A stretch of DNA of 64,000 nt. Source: Candidatus Moraniibacteriota bacterium. GTDB lineage: Bacteria > Patescibacteriota > Minisyncoccia > Moranbacterales > UBA2206. The notes beneath the pieces are model-generated. The model searched no databases. It was not told the DNA's origin and worked only from the letters and a program-made list of their open reading frames with translations. Of the stretch, positions 1 to 8,453 are shown in pieces. Each line of letters opens with the position of its first letter. Position 1 is the stretch's first letter. A program made the position numbers and the translations under genes. The stretch lies in assembly GCA_026396175.1 (NCBI GenBank), contig JAPLXG010000006.1, forward strand, positions 76,492 through 140,491. The letters run 5' to 3'.

Positions 1-125
1 TGGCAACAGATGAAAAAATGCTTGAAACTGCCAAGAAAACAATGATGACTTCGATCATCGGAATTTTTGTGGCGCTGTTTGGGTATATTGCCGTGAAGAC
101 AGTTGAGGCGATTCTTAAAGGCTAG
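1..125 (+). CDS. Partial (3' end) VirB2/TrbC-like pilin, CPR type
   Basis: Frame 3 reads ATDEKMLETAKKTMMTSIIGIFVALFGYIAVKTVEAILKG*, resembling the pilin-like DE..AKK..IIG hydrophobic helix pattern. TAG at 123-125. Confidence 0.6.
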   Translation, partial: ATDEKMLETAKKTMMTSIIGIFVALFGYIAVKTVEAILKG

Positions 126-148
126 GAAGTAATAAAAAAGACAAACTA

Positions 149-187
149 AAAGGGCGTACTCGATGATACATGAGTATGCCCTTTTTT
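149..187. terminator. Bidirectional intrinsic terminator between convergent genes
   Basis: AAGGGCGTACTC-loop-GAGTATGCCCTT with A/T tracts on both sides. Confidence 0.6.
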
Positions 188-215
188 GATCACCTCCTTT
201 CGTTGAAGTAGTGTC

Positions 216-1409
216 TCAATTCTTTCTCGTGAGTATTATTTGGTTGATATCCGCTTTTACTGGAGGATAAAAATATATTTTTTTGTCTTTACACAAGGAG
301 AGCACTCCATTGCTTTCCTCAGCTCTATCATCAAAGTTTTCTTTTATCCGAACCGTTGCCGGTTCGACTGAATAGTTCCCGGCAGGGATAACTTTCCAGC
401 TGAAATTATTGAGTCCCCCCGGCATTTTTTCGACTGCAATTTTGATGGTAGCAGGCGGAGCGACACCCTGAAGGGTGACGCTTTTGGCTACTGGTGTCGG
501 CGTTGGCGCTGGCGTTGGAGCTGGAGCTTGAGTTGGTTGTGGCATTGTGGTCGGTAATGGGCCAGGTGTTACTGCCGTGTTGACCTTAAATAATACGAAG
601 TCCCAAGTATTTTCCCAGGTATTTTTTGTTTTATCTGAGATGGTTGGGCTTATGGTGCTGAACATGCGCTGGATTTGGGGGCTATCATATGCCCAAAATC
701 CCAGAAACAGAAAGGCGATTATGCAGAATGAAACTTTTTTCTTCCAAATCGTTAAGCCACCGAATAATCCGGCGAATATTAACAGAATATTGATAGACAG
801 GCCAGTGTAATCTTTCAATGCATTTTCGATGCTTGTAATTAAGCCTAAACTTTTAAATAGTAGATATACAAAGGTCAAGGACAATATCCCGCATACTGTC
901 ATAAGAAATGCGGATTGTCTCTCATTTTTCGCTTTTTGCGACATCAGAAAAAAGAAGTAGGCTGCTATAGGCGTTCCAGCAACTGTCCATTGAAAAAGTC
1001 CCTTAAACTCGCCAATAATCACTAAGCAGGATCCTGCGAAAGCCAAAAGAAAAATCATAGAAAGTCTCTTGCTCTGGTTTTCTTTTTTAAGGAAAACAAT
1101 AACGGCGAAAACCAGTTCCATGAAGGCTAGGAATTTCCAGAAAAACCATCCTCCAGCCGGTATCGTGGACTGTGCTTGTACTGGTTGTTGTGCGATTGCA
1201 GCTGGATTTGAGAAAAACTTGTGCAGATACGAGAAGCAAATAATGGCGATGATTGCCAATATGAAAGTGGCAATCAAGGGTAATCTGTATGTTTTTGCCC
1301 ATACTTTGATCTTATCGTACGCTGCTGCTAATCTGGTTGTTGTTTGCGGATGTTTCACTGCTAAAGTGGTCCATTCCGCCCTTAGCCATATTGAGATATT
1401 ATTGAACAT
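216..1409 (-). CDS. Orphan multi-pass membrane protein with Pro/Thr linker and C-terminal soluble domain
   Basis: 397-aa ORF with several hydrophobic segments, PAPTPAPTPTP linker and an upstream AGGAG SD. Confidence 0.7.
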   Translation of the reverse strand: MFNNISIWLRAEWTTLAVKHPQTTTRLAAAYDKIKVWAKTYRLPLIATFILAIIAIICFSYLHKFFSNPAAIAQQPVQAQSTIPAGGWFFWKFLAFMELVFAVIVFLKKENQSKRLSMIFLLAFAGSCLVIIGEFKGLFQWTVAGTPIAAYFFFLMSQKAKNERQSAFLMTVCGILSLTFVYLLFKSLGLITSIENALKDYTGLSINILLIFAGLFGGLTIWKKKVSFCIIAFLFLGFWAYDSPQIQRMFSTISPTISDKTKNTWENTWDFVLFKVNTAVTPGPLPTTMPQPTQAPAPTPAPTPTPVAKSVTLQGVAPPATIKIAVEKMPGGLNNFSWKVIPAGNYSVEPATVRIKENFDDRAEESNGVLSLCKDKKIYFYPPVKADINQIILTRKN

Positions 1410-1430
1410 TTCGAATCTCCTTGTATTTGT

Positions 1431-2195
1431 TTATCCGAATAAGAAATCAAAAAAGGAAATAATTAGCGTAATGATTACCAGGGGAATTACAAAAGTCAAT
1501 TCCCAGGCAATTATTTTATGCCTATTCCTTAAATCGTGAATTTTTTTCAGAAGATGCTTTTTTGGAAGTAGATTCCTTCTGAGCGCACGTGTTTTTTGTC
1601 GATCATATAGATCAACCGTACTAGTGGTGTCATTTTTTTCCGCTAGCAATTCCAAAATAAATGCTTTTACGGAATCGTTTATGGTTATTTTTTCGAACGA
1701 AATTCTTTCCGGTGGTTTTGATACTGGGGAGGGATTTTTGGTTTGTTCAATAAATCTTCTCCGAAGTCCAACCAGGTTGACCTTGTATCCGTCGTGGTTA
1801 TAAATGCCTTCTTCGATGATTTTTTCTTCGAATTCTTCCGCCACAATTTTCGCGGCTGGATTGCCAAGCGAATCATATATTTGGCTTAGCTCGTCGTCAT
1901 CGTCTCTGGTGAAATTTGGGAAAGCATGCATAAGCCACATGGGCATTTGCTTTTCTGGGGTTTGCTGATTTCCTGTGTTGGTACTTCCAGAGGGCTTTTT
2001 GAGTCCTATGGAAATCAACGTGGCGAGAAAAACGTTTTCGAGTACTTCCAGAAGCATTGGCCAAATGCGCCTTTTTATGAATGTTTCCTTGAAAGTAGAC
2101 TGTTCTTCAGACTTCGGTTTTTCCTCCGTCTTTTCTTCAGCTTTCGGTTTTTCCTCAGCCTTCGGTTTTTCTGACTTCGCGTCTTTTTTTGCCAT
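1431..2195 (-). CDS. Orphan protein with N-terminal KPKAEE repeats and C-terminal TM helix
   Basis: 254-aa ORF with GGAGG SD, directly upstream of the 216-1409 gene. Confidence 0.7.
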   Translation of the reverse strand: MAKKDAKSEKPKAEEKPKAEEKTEEKPKSEEQSTFKETFIKRRIWPMLLEVLENVFLATLISIGLKKPSGSTNTGNQQTPEKQMPMWLMHAFPNFTRDDDDELSQIYDSLGNPAAKIVAEEFEEKIIEEGIYNHDGYKVNLVGLRRRFIEQTKNPSPVSKPPERISFEKITINDSVKAFILELLAEKNDTTSTVDLYDRQKTRALRRNLLPKKHLLKKIHDLRNRHKIIAWELTFVIPLVIITLIISFFDFLFG

Positions 2196-2322
2196 GGTGA
2201 GCCTCCTCCGCCGTATTGGCGAAAATAAATTTAGATTATATCAAAATTGTTAAAGGACCCGGTAATTTGGCTCCTTTTGTTTCATTGAGTCAAAGTCTTC
2301 GCGACTATCGCGTTGACCCATC

Positions 2323-2351
2323 ATGCTAGCACAAAACGGGAAAAAAGTCAA
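2323..2351 (-). promoter_or_regulatory. Sigma70-like promoter for the orphan operon
   Basis: TTGACT-17-TAGCAT with extended TG on the minus strand. Confidence 0.5.
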
Positions 2352-2598
2352 ACCAAATTCAATTGTTAAATTGTTGGGGTAAAATACCTCGGATTAGGCA
2401 ATTATGGGCGCCGAGTGAATGCTTACAATTTTTGGGGATTTTGGAAAAAAGCTGAAAACGGCCTATTTTAGGCAAAATTTTGAAAAAATGTGCTAAGAGC
2501 TCTGAAAAGGTTAAATTTGGCTCAAAATAGACAAAATATAGCGAATTAACTGCAAGGCAGTGTATTTTGGTCGGTCGGTTAGCTGAAAGAGCGCAAAT

Positions 2599-2657
2599 TT
2601 GACAAATTATCAAAAATAAGATATTATAGTTCATAGTTAAGTATGAACTATGAACTT
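2599..2657 (+). promoter_or_regulatory. Sigma70 promoter plus inverted-repeat operator overlapping the start codon
   Basis: TTGACA-17-TATTAT (2599-2627), followed by TAGTTCATA-gttaag-TATGAACTA plus extra heptamer copies. Confidence 0.55.
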
Positions 2658-3638
2658 ATGTTGCAAAAAACATCTGAAAAAATAATTAAATACATTGAAG
2701 AAAGGGGACAAGCTACTGCTAATGAGCTGGTTGATTTTTTGGCCATTAGCGAAAGAGCTGTTTTTCGGCAACTGGCTAATCTAATCGCAGAAGAAAAGCT
2801 GACTAAAATTGGAAGACCACCGAAAGTTTTTTATCTGATCAAAGAAGAAAGTGCTGCCAAAGGCGATACTATTATATTTTCCGAATCGACCAAAAAGATA
2901 ATTGAGGAAAATTTTTTAACAATCACTCCTTCTGGAGAAAAAATGATGGGAGTTGCCGGGTTCATTTTTTGGTGTAAAAGAACCAATCAAGCACCTCAGA
3001 AAATGGCCGAAATTTATGAAAAAACCATTGCGAAATACGCGCCACTTAAAAAAGATGCTTTTATTGACGGGATGACCAAGATGAAATCAACTTTTGCGGA
3101 TGTGCATTTGGATCAACTATATTATCTAGATTTCTATAGTCTTGAAATTTTTGGAAAAACAAAACTGGGACAGCTTCTTCTGTATGCTAAGCAAAGCCAA
3201 GATAAAAACTTAATGAAAGAGCTATTTTTTGACATCAAGCCAAAAATAGATCGTTTGATAAAAGAACATAATATAGATGGAGTGGGCTTTATTCCACCTA
3301 CCGTAAAAAGAAAAGTACAGCTTATGAAAGAATTGGAAAAAATGCTTCATCCGAATATTAGAAAAATCTCAATAGTAAAGGCGACAAATGAGATAGCTGT
3401 TCCGCAAAAGACACTTAGTCGTCTGGATGATCGCGTTGAAAATGCCAGGAAAACAATCATTGTTAATGATTCAGGCCAATATGATAATATTTTGCTTATT
3501 GACGATGCTGTTGGTTCCGGTGCCACGCTGAATGAAACGGCTGCGCAAATCAGGAAAAGAAAACTTTGCAATGGGAAAATAATTGGACTGGCAATTACCG
3601 GAAGTCTGAAGGGTTTTGATGTGATTAGTGAGATTTGA
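2643..3638 (+). CDS. Winged-HTH plus phosphoribosyltransferase-fold (ComF-like) protein
   Basis: N-terminal HTH (ATANELVDFLAISERAVFRQL) and C-terminal PRPP-binding loop ILLIDDAVGSGATL. Confidence 0.75.
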   Translation: MNYELMLQKTSEKIIKYIEERGQATANELVDFLAISERAVFRQLANLIAEEKLTKIGRPPKVFYLIKEESAAKGDTIIFSESTKKIIEENFLTITPSGEKMMGVAGFIFWCKRTNQAPQKMAEIYEKTIAKYAPLKKDAFIDGMTKMKSTFADVHLDQLYYLDFYSLEIFGKTKLGQLLLYAKQSQDKNLMKELFFDIKPKIDRLIKEHNIDGVGFIPPTVKRKVQLMKELEKMLHPNIRKISIVKATNEIAVPQKTLSRLDDRVENARKTIIVNDSGQYDNILLIDDAVGSGATLNETAAQIRKRKLCNGKIIGLAITGSLKGFDVISEI

Positions 3639-3664
3639 CAAAACCCAACTCCCCGGTCTATAAT
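3635..3664 (+). promoter_or_regulatory. Sigma70 promoter of nusA
   Basis: TTGACA-18-TATAAT, both hexamers perfect consensus. Confidence 0.7.
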
Positions 3665-3720
3665 GTAGAAGTTGATAAGAGAGTGATTCAGGTTCGCGAA
3701 AGCGGGCTTTTTATGTAGGT

Positions 3721-3862
3721 ATCTCTACAAATTACGAATCTTGTCGTTCTTTACTAATTACGAATTGCTTACTAATATACTAATTTAAATTAGATCACAT
3801 TATCAATAACCGAAAGTTATTCGCACATTAGTATATTCGTACACGATTAGTAATTAGTAAAG
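3721..3862. repeat. TACGAA/TACTAA-type inverted-repeat element (gene-less)
   Basis: Arms at ~3749-3784 and ~3827-3862 are imperfect reverse complements; related to the GxxExxY flanks. Confidence 0.7.
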
Positions 3863-3897
3863 ATTAAGTCAAATTTAATTAATTTAATAATAACTTT

Positions 3898-5307
3898 ATG
3901 CGAAAATTGGGACACATTCGAAAGCCGAGGAAGGCGAAGGAGGAAGAAGAGTCACCGCAAGGAATGGGGGACTTTGGCAGTGCGATTTCTGCGCTTTGTG
4001 AGGAGAAAGGTATTTCCAAAGAAAAAGTGATTGAAACGATTTCAGCTGCCTTGGCCGCCGCCTATAAAAAGGACTACGGCAAGAAGGGTCAAAATATCCG
4101 TGCGGAATTTGATGAGGTGAGTGGCGGAGCAAAATTCTATCTAGTCAAGGAAGTGGTCGATGAAACGACGCGGGAATTTGTGGCGGAGAAGGAAGAAGGT
4201 GAAGTGGAAGAAAAACCGGCTTATACTGAGAGAATGCATAGCAACACAGAAGATGGTGATAGCGAAAAACTTCCTCGTTTCAATCCCGAGCGTGATCTGA
4301 CTTTGGAGCAAGCCAAGAAAATTAAAAAGAAAGCGGTGGTGGGGGATGTTATCGAAACGGTTCTTCCAGAAGAAAAAGATTATGGTCGAGTGGCAGCGCA
4401 AACGGCTAAGCAAGTGATTATTCAGCGCATTCGTGAAGCGGAAAGAGATTCGATGTTTGAGGAATATAAAACCAAGGAAGGTGAAGTGATTTCCGGTGTG
4501 GTGCAACGAGTGGAAGGCCGCAATATTTTCATTGATATTGGAAAATCGATCGGCGTGCTTTTTCCCGGCGAGCAAATTGAAAGAGAAAATTATCGCATTG
4601 GGCAACGCGTGAAAGTCTATTTGGCGAAAGTGGATGCGGGTACCAAAGGTCCTGGCATCACACTCAGCCGTGTGCATCCGGAAATGGTGCGACGCCTCTT
4701 TGAACTCGAAGTGCCGGAAATTTTTGCTGGAACAGTGGAGATTAAAGCGATTGCGAGGGAAGCGGGAGAGCGCACGAAGGTGGCAGTAACTTCCACTGAA
4801 GAAGGGATTGATCCGATCGGTTCTTGCGTGGGACAAAAAGGCACCAGAGTGCAGGCGATTATTGAAGAATTGGGCGGAGAAAAAATTGATATTATTCTTT
4901 GGAACGAAGATACAGCGAAATTTATTGCTGCTTCACTTAGTCCCGCGAAAGTTTTGCGCGTGGATCTGAATGACACAGAAAAGAAAGCGACTGTCGTCGT
5001 GCCAGAAGAACAACTATCACTGGCGATTGGCAAGCGCGGACAAAATGTGCGCTTGGCGGCAAAACTGACCGGATGGAAGATTGATATTGCGGGAGTAAGC
5101 ACAGAAGAAGTCGCCGGAGAAGAAGTTGAGGTCGTAGAAGGCGAAAAACCTGCCCGCAATGCTACGCCCGCTCGCAGCGATGCAGCGACTTCGGGCGAGC
5201 ATAGCGTTGCAGGCGGGGAAGTAGTTGCGGAAGTGTCAGAGGACGTTATTGCGCCGGAAGTCACAGAAGAAGGGGTTGACAAAGAGAAGGCAAAAACGGA
5301 GGAATAA
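3898..5307 (+). CDS. nusA: Transcription termination factor NusA
   Basis: GRVAAQTAKQVIIQRIREAER, S1 and KH domains (AREAGERTKVAV, LSLAIGKRGQNVRLA). Confidence 0.97.
   Translation: MRKLGHIRKPRKAKEEEESPQGMGDFGSAISALCEEKGISKEKVIETISAALAAAYKKDYGKKGQNIRAEFDEVSGGAKFYLVKEVVDETTREFVAEKEEGEVEEKPAYTERMHSNTEDGDSEKLPRFNPERDLTLEQAKKIKKKAVVGDVIETVLPEEKDYGRVAAQTAKQVIIQRIREAERDSMFEEYKTKEGEVISGVVQRVEGRNIFIDIGKSIGVLFPGEQIERENYRIGQRVKVYLAKVDAGTKGPGITLSRVHPEMVRRLFELEVPEIFAGTVEIKAIAREAGERTKVAVTSTEEGIDPIGSCVGQKGTRVQAIIEELGGEKIDIILWNEDTAKFIAASLSPAKVLRVDLNDTEKKATVVVPEEQLSLAIGKRGQNVRLAAKLTGWKIDIAGVSTEEVAGEEVEVVEGEKPARNATPARSDAATSGEHSVAGGEVVAEVSEDVIAPEVTEEGVDKEKAKTEE
5149..5217. mobile_element. Nested palindromic insertion, in-frame in the nusA acidic tail
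   Basis: Imperfect 18-bp outer arms CCTGCCCGCAATGCTACG/CATAGCGTTGCAGGCGGG enclose an inner GCTCGC..GCGAGC hairpin; 69 bp = 23 codons. Confidence 0.7.
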
Positions 5308-5315
5308 TTTTGGGT

Positions 5316-5465
5316 CTTTAATTTTTAATTTTTAATTTTTAATTTTGTAAATAAATTATAATTTTTAATTTTTTAAATATTGAGAAATTAGGAATTATTT
5401 ACCAATATCTCTGCGGGGCTTCACTGCAGTGAGAAAAATTACAAAATTACAAAATTACAAAATTC
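5316..5465. repeat. AT-rich short-period inverted-repeat element
   Basis: (TTTTTAA)n left arm, (AAATTACA)3 right arm and an internal GC hairpin at ~5408-5434. Confidence 0.55.
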
Positions 5466-5469
5466 TTTT

Positions 5470-6003
5470 ATGAATCTATGGCATGATGTCGAGCTTGGAG
5501 AAAAAGCTCCGGAGCAGTTTAATGTGCTAATTGAAATTCCAAAAGGATCGAAGAATAAATATGAGATTGACAAAAAAACCGGTCTCATCAAATTAGATCG
5601 CGCGATGAAATCAGCGCAAGATTATCCATTCGATTATGGCTTTGCTCCGCAAACACTTTGGGAAGATGGCGATGCACTGGATGTGATTGTGCTTTCGACT
5701 TATCCGTTGATGACTGGTATTTTGGTCGAAGTACGGCCAGTCGCAGTGATGCGGATGATTGATACAGGAGAGGGAGATGATAAGATAATCGCTGTGCCTG
5801 TGAAAGATTTGCGCTGGACTGAAGTTGTGGATTTAGAGGATATTAACAAGCACACGATAAAAGAGATTAAACATTTTTTCGAAACCTATAAAACTATTGA
5901 AGAAGGGGAGAAGGTTACCATCTCTGGTTTTGAAGGAAAAGAGGCTGCGATGGAAGCGGTGAAGAGGAGTGTTGAACTATATCAGGAGAAGTTTAGCAAA
6001 TAA
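5470..6003 (+). CDS. ppa: Inorganic pyrophosphatase, family I
   Basis: EIPKGSKNKYE, YPFDYGF, DGDALDV, DDKIIAV motifs. Confidence 0.96.
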   Translation: MNLWHDVELGEKAPEQFNVLIEIPKGSKNKYEIDKKTGLIKLDRAMKSAQDYPFDYGFAPQTLWEDGDALDVIVLSTYPLMTGILVEVRPVAVMRMIDTGEGDDKIIAVPVKDLRWTEVVDLEDINKHTIKEIKHFFETYKTIEEGEKVTISGFEGKEAAMEAVKRSVELYQEKFSK

Positions 6004-6010
6004 GTATTTT

Positions 6011-6165
6011 CCTCCTCGCCCTTCGGGAGAGGATGTCACGAGCACGTGACAGGTGAGGGCAAGGGCTATATATTAGGAATAATCTAAACAAATTTAGTTT
6101 TTACTTGATATTACGCCCTTTCCCTCATCCGCCCTTCGGGCACCTTCTCCCTAATGGAGAAGGGG
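6011..6165. repeat. GGGAGAGG/CCCTCATCC REPIN-like element, copy 1 of 3
   Basis: Multi-hairpin ends shared with 7553-7712 and 25320-25468. Confidence 0.85.
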
Positions 6166-6195
6166 ATATTAATAAAACCTATCTAGCATCTATTT

Positions 6196-7476
6196 ATGAA
6201 AAAACTACCTAAATCAAGAATCGAAGTCGATTTAACTATCGAATGGAAAGAATGGGAAAAATTTATCACTCCGGCTGTGGCAGAAATTTCGGCGGAGTTT
6301 AAGTTTCCGGGATTTCGCCCGGGGAAAGCGCCACGTAATTTAGTGGAACAAAAAGTAGGGAAAGAAATGATTCTTTCCCATGCAGCAGAAAAAGCGATTG
6401 GCAAAAGTTATTCTGATTTTGTCGTGCGCGAAAAGCTAGCCGTGATTGGCAGTCCAAAGGTGGAGATCGACACCATTACTGAAAATGAAGATTTGGTTTT
6501 CAAGGCGACTGTGGCAGTGATGCCGGAAGTTGCCGTGCAGGATAAATATAAAGATGCGATTAAAAAAATTAATGCTGAGTTTCAGAAAAAAACGACGGAA
6601 GTTTCCGATGATGAGATAGTATTAGAGTTAGAAAAGATTGCCAACAGTCGGGTGAAATTGGTAACGGTAAGACGCGCCGTGGCGAACAATGATAGCGTGG
6701 AAGTTGATTTTGAGGTGAGTGTCGACGGGAAAGTGATTGATGGCGGCACGAGCAAAAATCATGCCCTCGTGGTCGGCAAAGGTGTGTTTATTTCCGGCTT
6801 TGAAGAAAATTTGATCGGAACTCGCGAAGGCGAGGAGAAAGAATTCGAGCTAGCTTTTCCGAAAGATTATCACAAAGCAGATTTGGCGGGAAAAATGGCT
6901 AAATTTAAGGTGAAAATGATTTTAGTGCAAGAAAGACAAGTGCCAGAAATTAATGATGAATTCGCGGCAGGTTTAGGAAAATTCAAAGATCTCTCTGAGC
7001 TGAGGGCTAATATTAAAGAAGGTTTGGATCATGAAAATAAACATAAGACCGAAGAAGAAAAACATTCAAAATATTTGGATGAAATCGTAAAGAATCTTGA
7101 AGGGGAGCTGCCAGAGGAATTAGTGGCAGATGAACTCAATCGGATGGTGCAAGAGTTTGAAGGGCAAATCCAATCGACCGGAATGACACTCGATAATTAT
7201 TTAGAGAAATTAAAGAAAAACAAAGCGGAACTTTTGAAGGACTGGGAACCGCAAGCGGAGAAAAGAATTAAATCAGCGATGGCACTGAAAGAAATTGCCA
7301 AAAAAGAGGAAGTGAAAGTGGAGTCGGCGGAAGTGGAGGCGGAGATGAATAAAACCATGCAATACTACAAAAACGTCAAAGACTTTGAAAAAAATGTTGA
7401 TATGCAAAGACTGTATAGTTACGTGAAAGGAACGCTGGAGAATGATAAGGTGTTTGAGATGTTGGAGAAGCTGTAA
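6196..7476 (+). CDS. tig: Trigger factor
   Basis: GFRPGKAP ribosome-binding motif and FKBP domain ([13 protein letters not shown]). Confidence 0.96.
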   Translation: MKKLPKSRIEVDLTIEWKEWEKFITPAVAEISAEFKFPGFRPGKAPRNLVEQKVGKEMILSHAAEKAIGKSYSDFVVREKLAVIGSPKVEIDTITENEDLVFKATVAVMPEVAVQDKYKDAIKKINAEFQKKTTEVSDDEIVLELEKIANSRVKLVTVRRAVANNDSVEVDFEVSVDGKVIDGGTSKNHALVVGKGVFISGFEENLIGTREGEEKEFELAFPKDYHKADLAGKMAKFKVKMILVQERQVPEINDEFAAGLGKFKDLSELRANIKEGLDHENKHKTEEEKHSKYLDEIVKNLEGELPEELVADELNRMVQEFEGQIQSTGMTLDNYLEKLKKNKAELLKDWEPQAEKRIKSAMALKEIAKKEEVKVESAEVEAEMNKTMQYYKNVKDFEKNVDMQRLYSYVKGTLENDKVFEMLEKL

Positions 7477-7477
7477 T

Positions 7478-7513
7478 CTCTACGAACTGCAAATCACGTA
7501 CGAATATACGAAT
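7478..7513 (+). repeat. Solo TACGAA left arm directly after the tig stop
   Basis: CTCTACGAACTGCAAATCACGTACGAATATACGAAT. Confidence 0.6.
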
Positions 7514-7552
7514 AATAAAACAATCTAAATTTAATTCTTGCGCGAACAATAT

Positions 7553-7712
7553 CCCCCTCTCCCTCTGGGAGAGGATGTCCGAAGGACAGGTGAGGGCAAG
7601 GGCAATATTAGTTGGAACACGCGTTATATTTTTGAGTAATAAAATTTTTCAAAAGCCCTTTCCCTCATCCGGCCCGCCGCGGCGGGCCACCTTCTCCCGG
7701 AGGGCGAAGGGG
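7553..7712. repeat. GGGAGAGG/CCCTCATCC REPIN-like element, copy 2
   Basis: Same ends as 6011-6165; one loop carries CCCGCCGCGGCGGG. Confidence 0.85.
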
Positions 7713-7727
7713 ATATTAATAAAAATT

Positions 7728-8324
7728 ATGCCAAACAAAATCACAAATCAATATTTAATTCCAACGGTAATTGAAAAAACCAATCAAGGCGAGCGAGCGT
7801 ATGATATTTATTCTCGGCTTTTGAAAGATCGAATCATCTTTTTGGGCAGTCCGATTGATGACGTATCGGCGAATATTATTATTGCGCAACTTTTGTTTTT
7901 GGATTCGCAAAATGCCAAAGAGGATATCTTGCTCTATATCAACTCTCCCGGCGGGGCAGTTACCTCAGCCTTGGCCATCTATGACACAATGCAGTTTGTC
8001 AAAGCTGATGTCTCGACGATTTGCGTGGGAATCGCGGCCAGCGCTGCGGCGCTTCTTCTTGCAAGTGGCGCAAAAGGCAAGCGCATCGCTCTGCCGAATA
8101 GTGAAGTAATGATCCATCAAGTGATGGGTGGCGCGCAAGGTCAGGCGACGGACATCGACATCCACGCGCGACATATTTTGAAAACGAAAGAAAAATTGAA
8201 CGAAATTCTAGCCCATCACACCGGGCAAACAATCGCTAAGATTGCCATTGACGCGGAACGGGATTTTTTCATGAGCGCCGTGGAGGCGAAGAAATATGGG
8301 ATTGTGGATAAGATCATCAAATAA
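7728..8324 (+). CDS. clpP: ATP-dependent Clp protease proteolytic subunit
   Basis: [32 protein letters not shown]. Start moved to ATG 7728 because the upstream ORF extension is repeat DNA. Confidence 0.96.
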   Translation: MPNKITNQYLIPTVIEKTNQGERAYDIYSRLLKDRIIFLGSPIDDVSANIIIAQLLFLDSQNAKEDILLYINSPGGAVTSALAIYDTMQFVKADVSTICVGIAASAAALLLASGAKGKRIALPNSEVMIHQVMGGAQGQATDIDIHARHILKTKEKLNEILAHHTGQTIAKIAIDAERDFFMSAVEAKKYGIVDKIIK

Positions 8325-8453
8325 ATTTTCAATTTTCAATTTAAAATTTTTCAATCAATATCAAATGACTAAATGATTAAATTGAATAATTAAAGAAGAA
8401 TAATTTAAAATTTAGTAATTTAGATTTGAATTAAAATTTCAAATTTTAAATTT
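8325..8453. repeat. AT-rich heptamer (AATTTTC/TTTAAAA) inverted-repeat element
   Basis: Fills the convergent clpP/gpmI gap; similar to 44990-45105. Confidence 0.5.

Noticed and set aside
188-201. 16S rRNA gene fragment
   Set aside because: Only the 14-nt anti-SD tail matches; there is no flanking rRNA sequence.
2359-2634. 91-aa ORF in the divergent promoter region
   Set aside because: It overlaps promoter and operator motifs, is AT-rich low-complexity sequence and has no RBS or motif.
4141-5282. Long antisense ORFs over nusA (similarly over tuf, recA, rpoC, rpsC and rpsE)
   Set aside because: They are shadow ORFs opposite highly conserved genes and show no protein motifs.
7575-7727. 51-aa N-terminal extension of ClpP
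   Set aside because: This is read-through of the GGGAGAGG repeat; ClpP similarity begins at ATG 7728.
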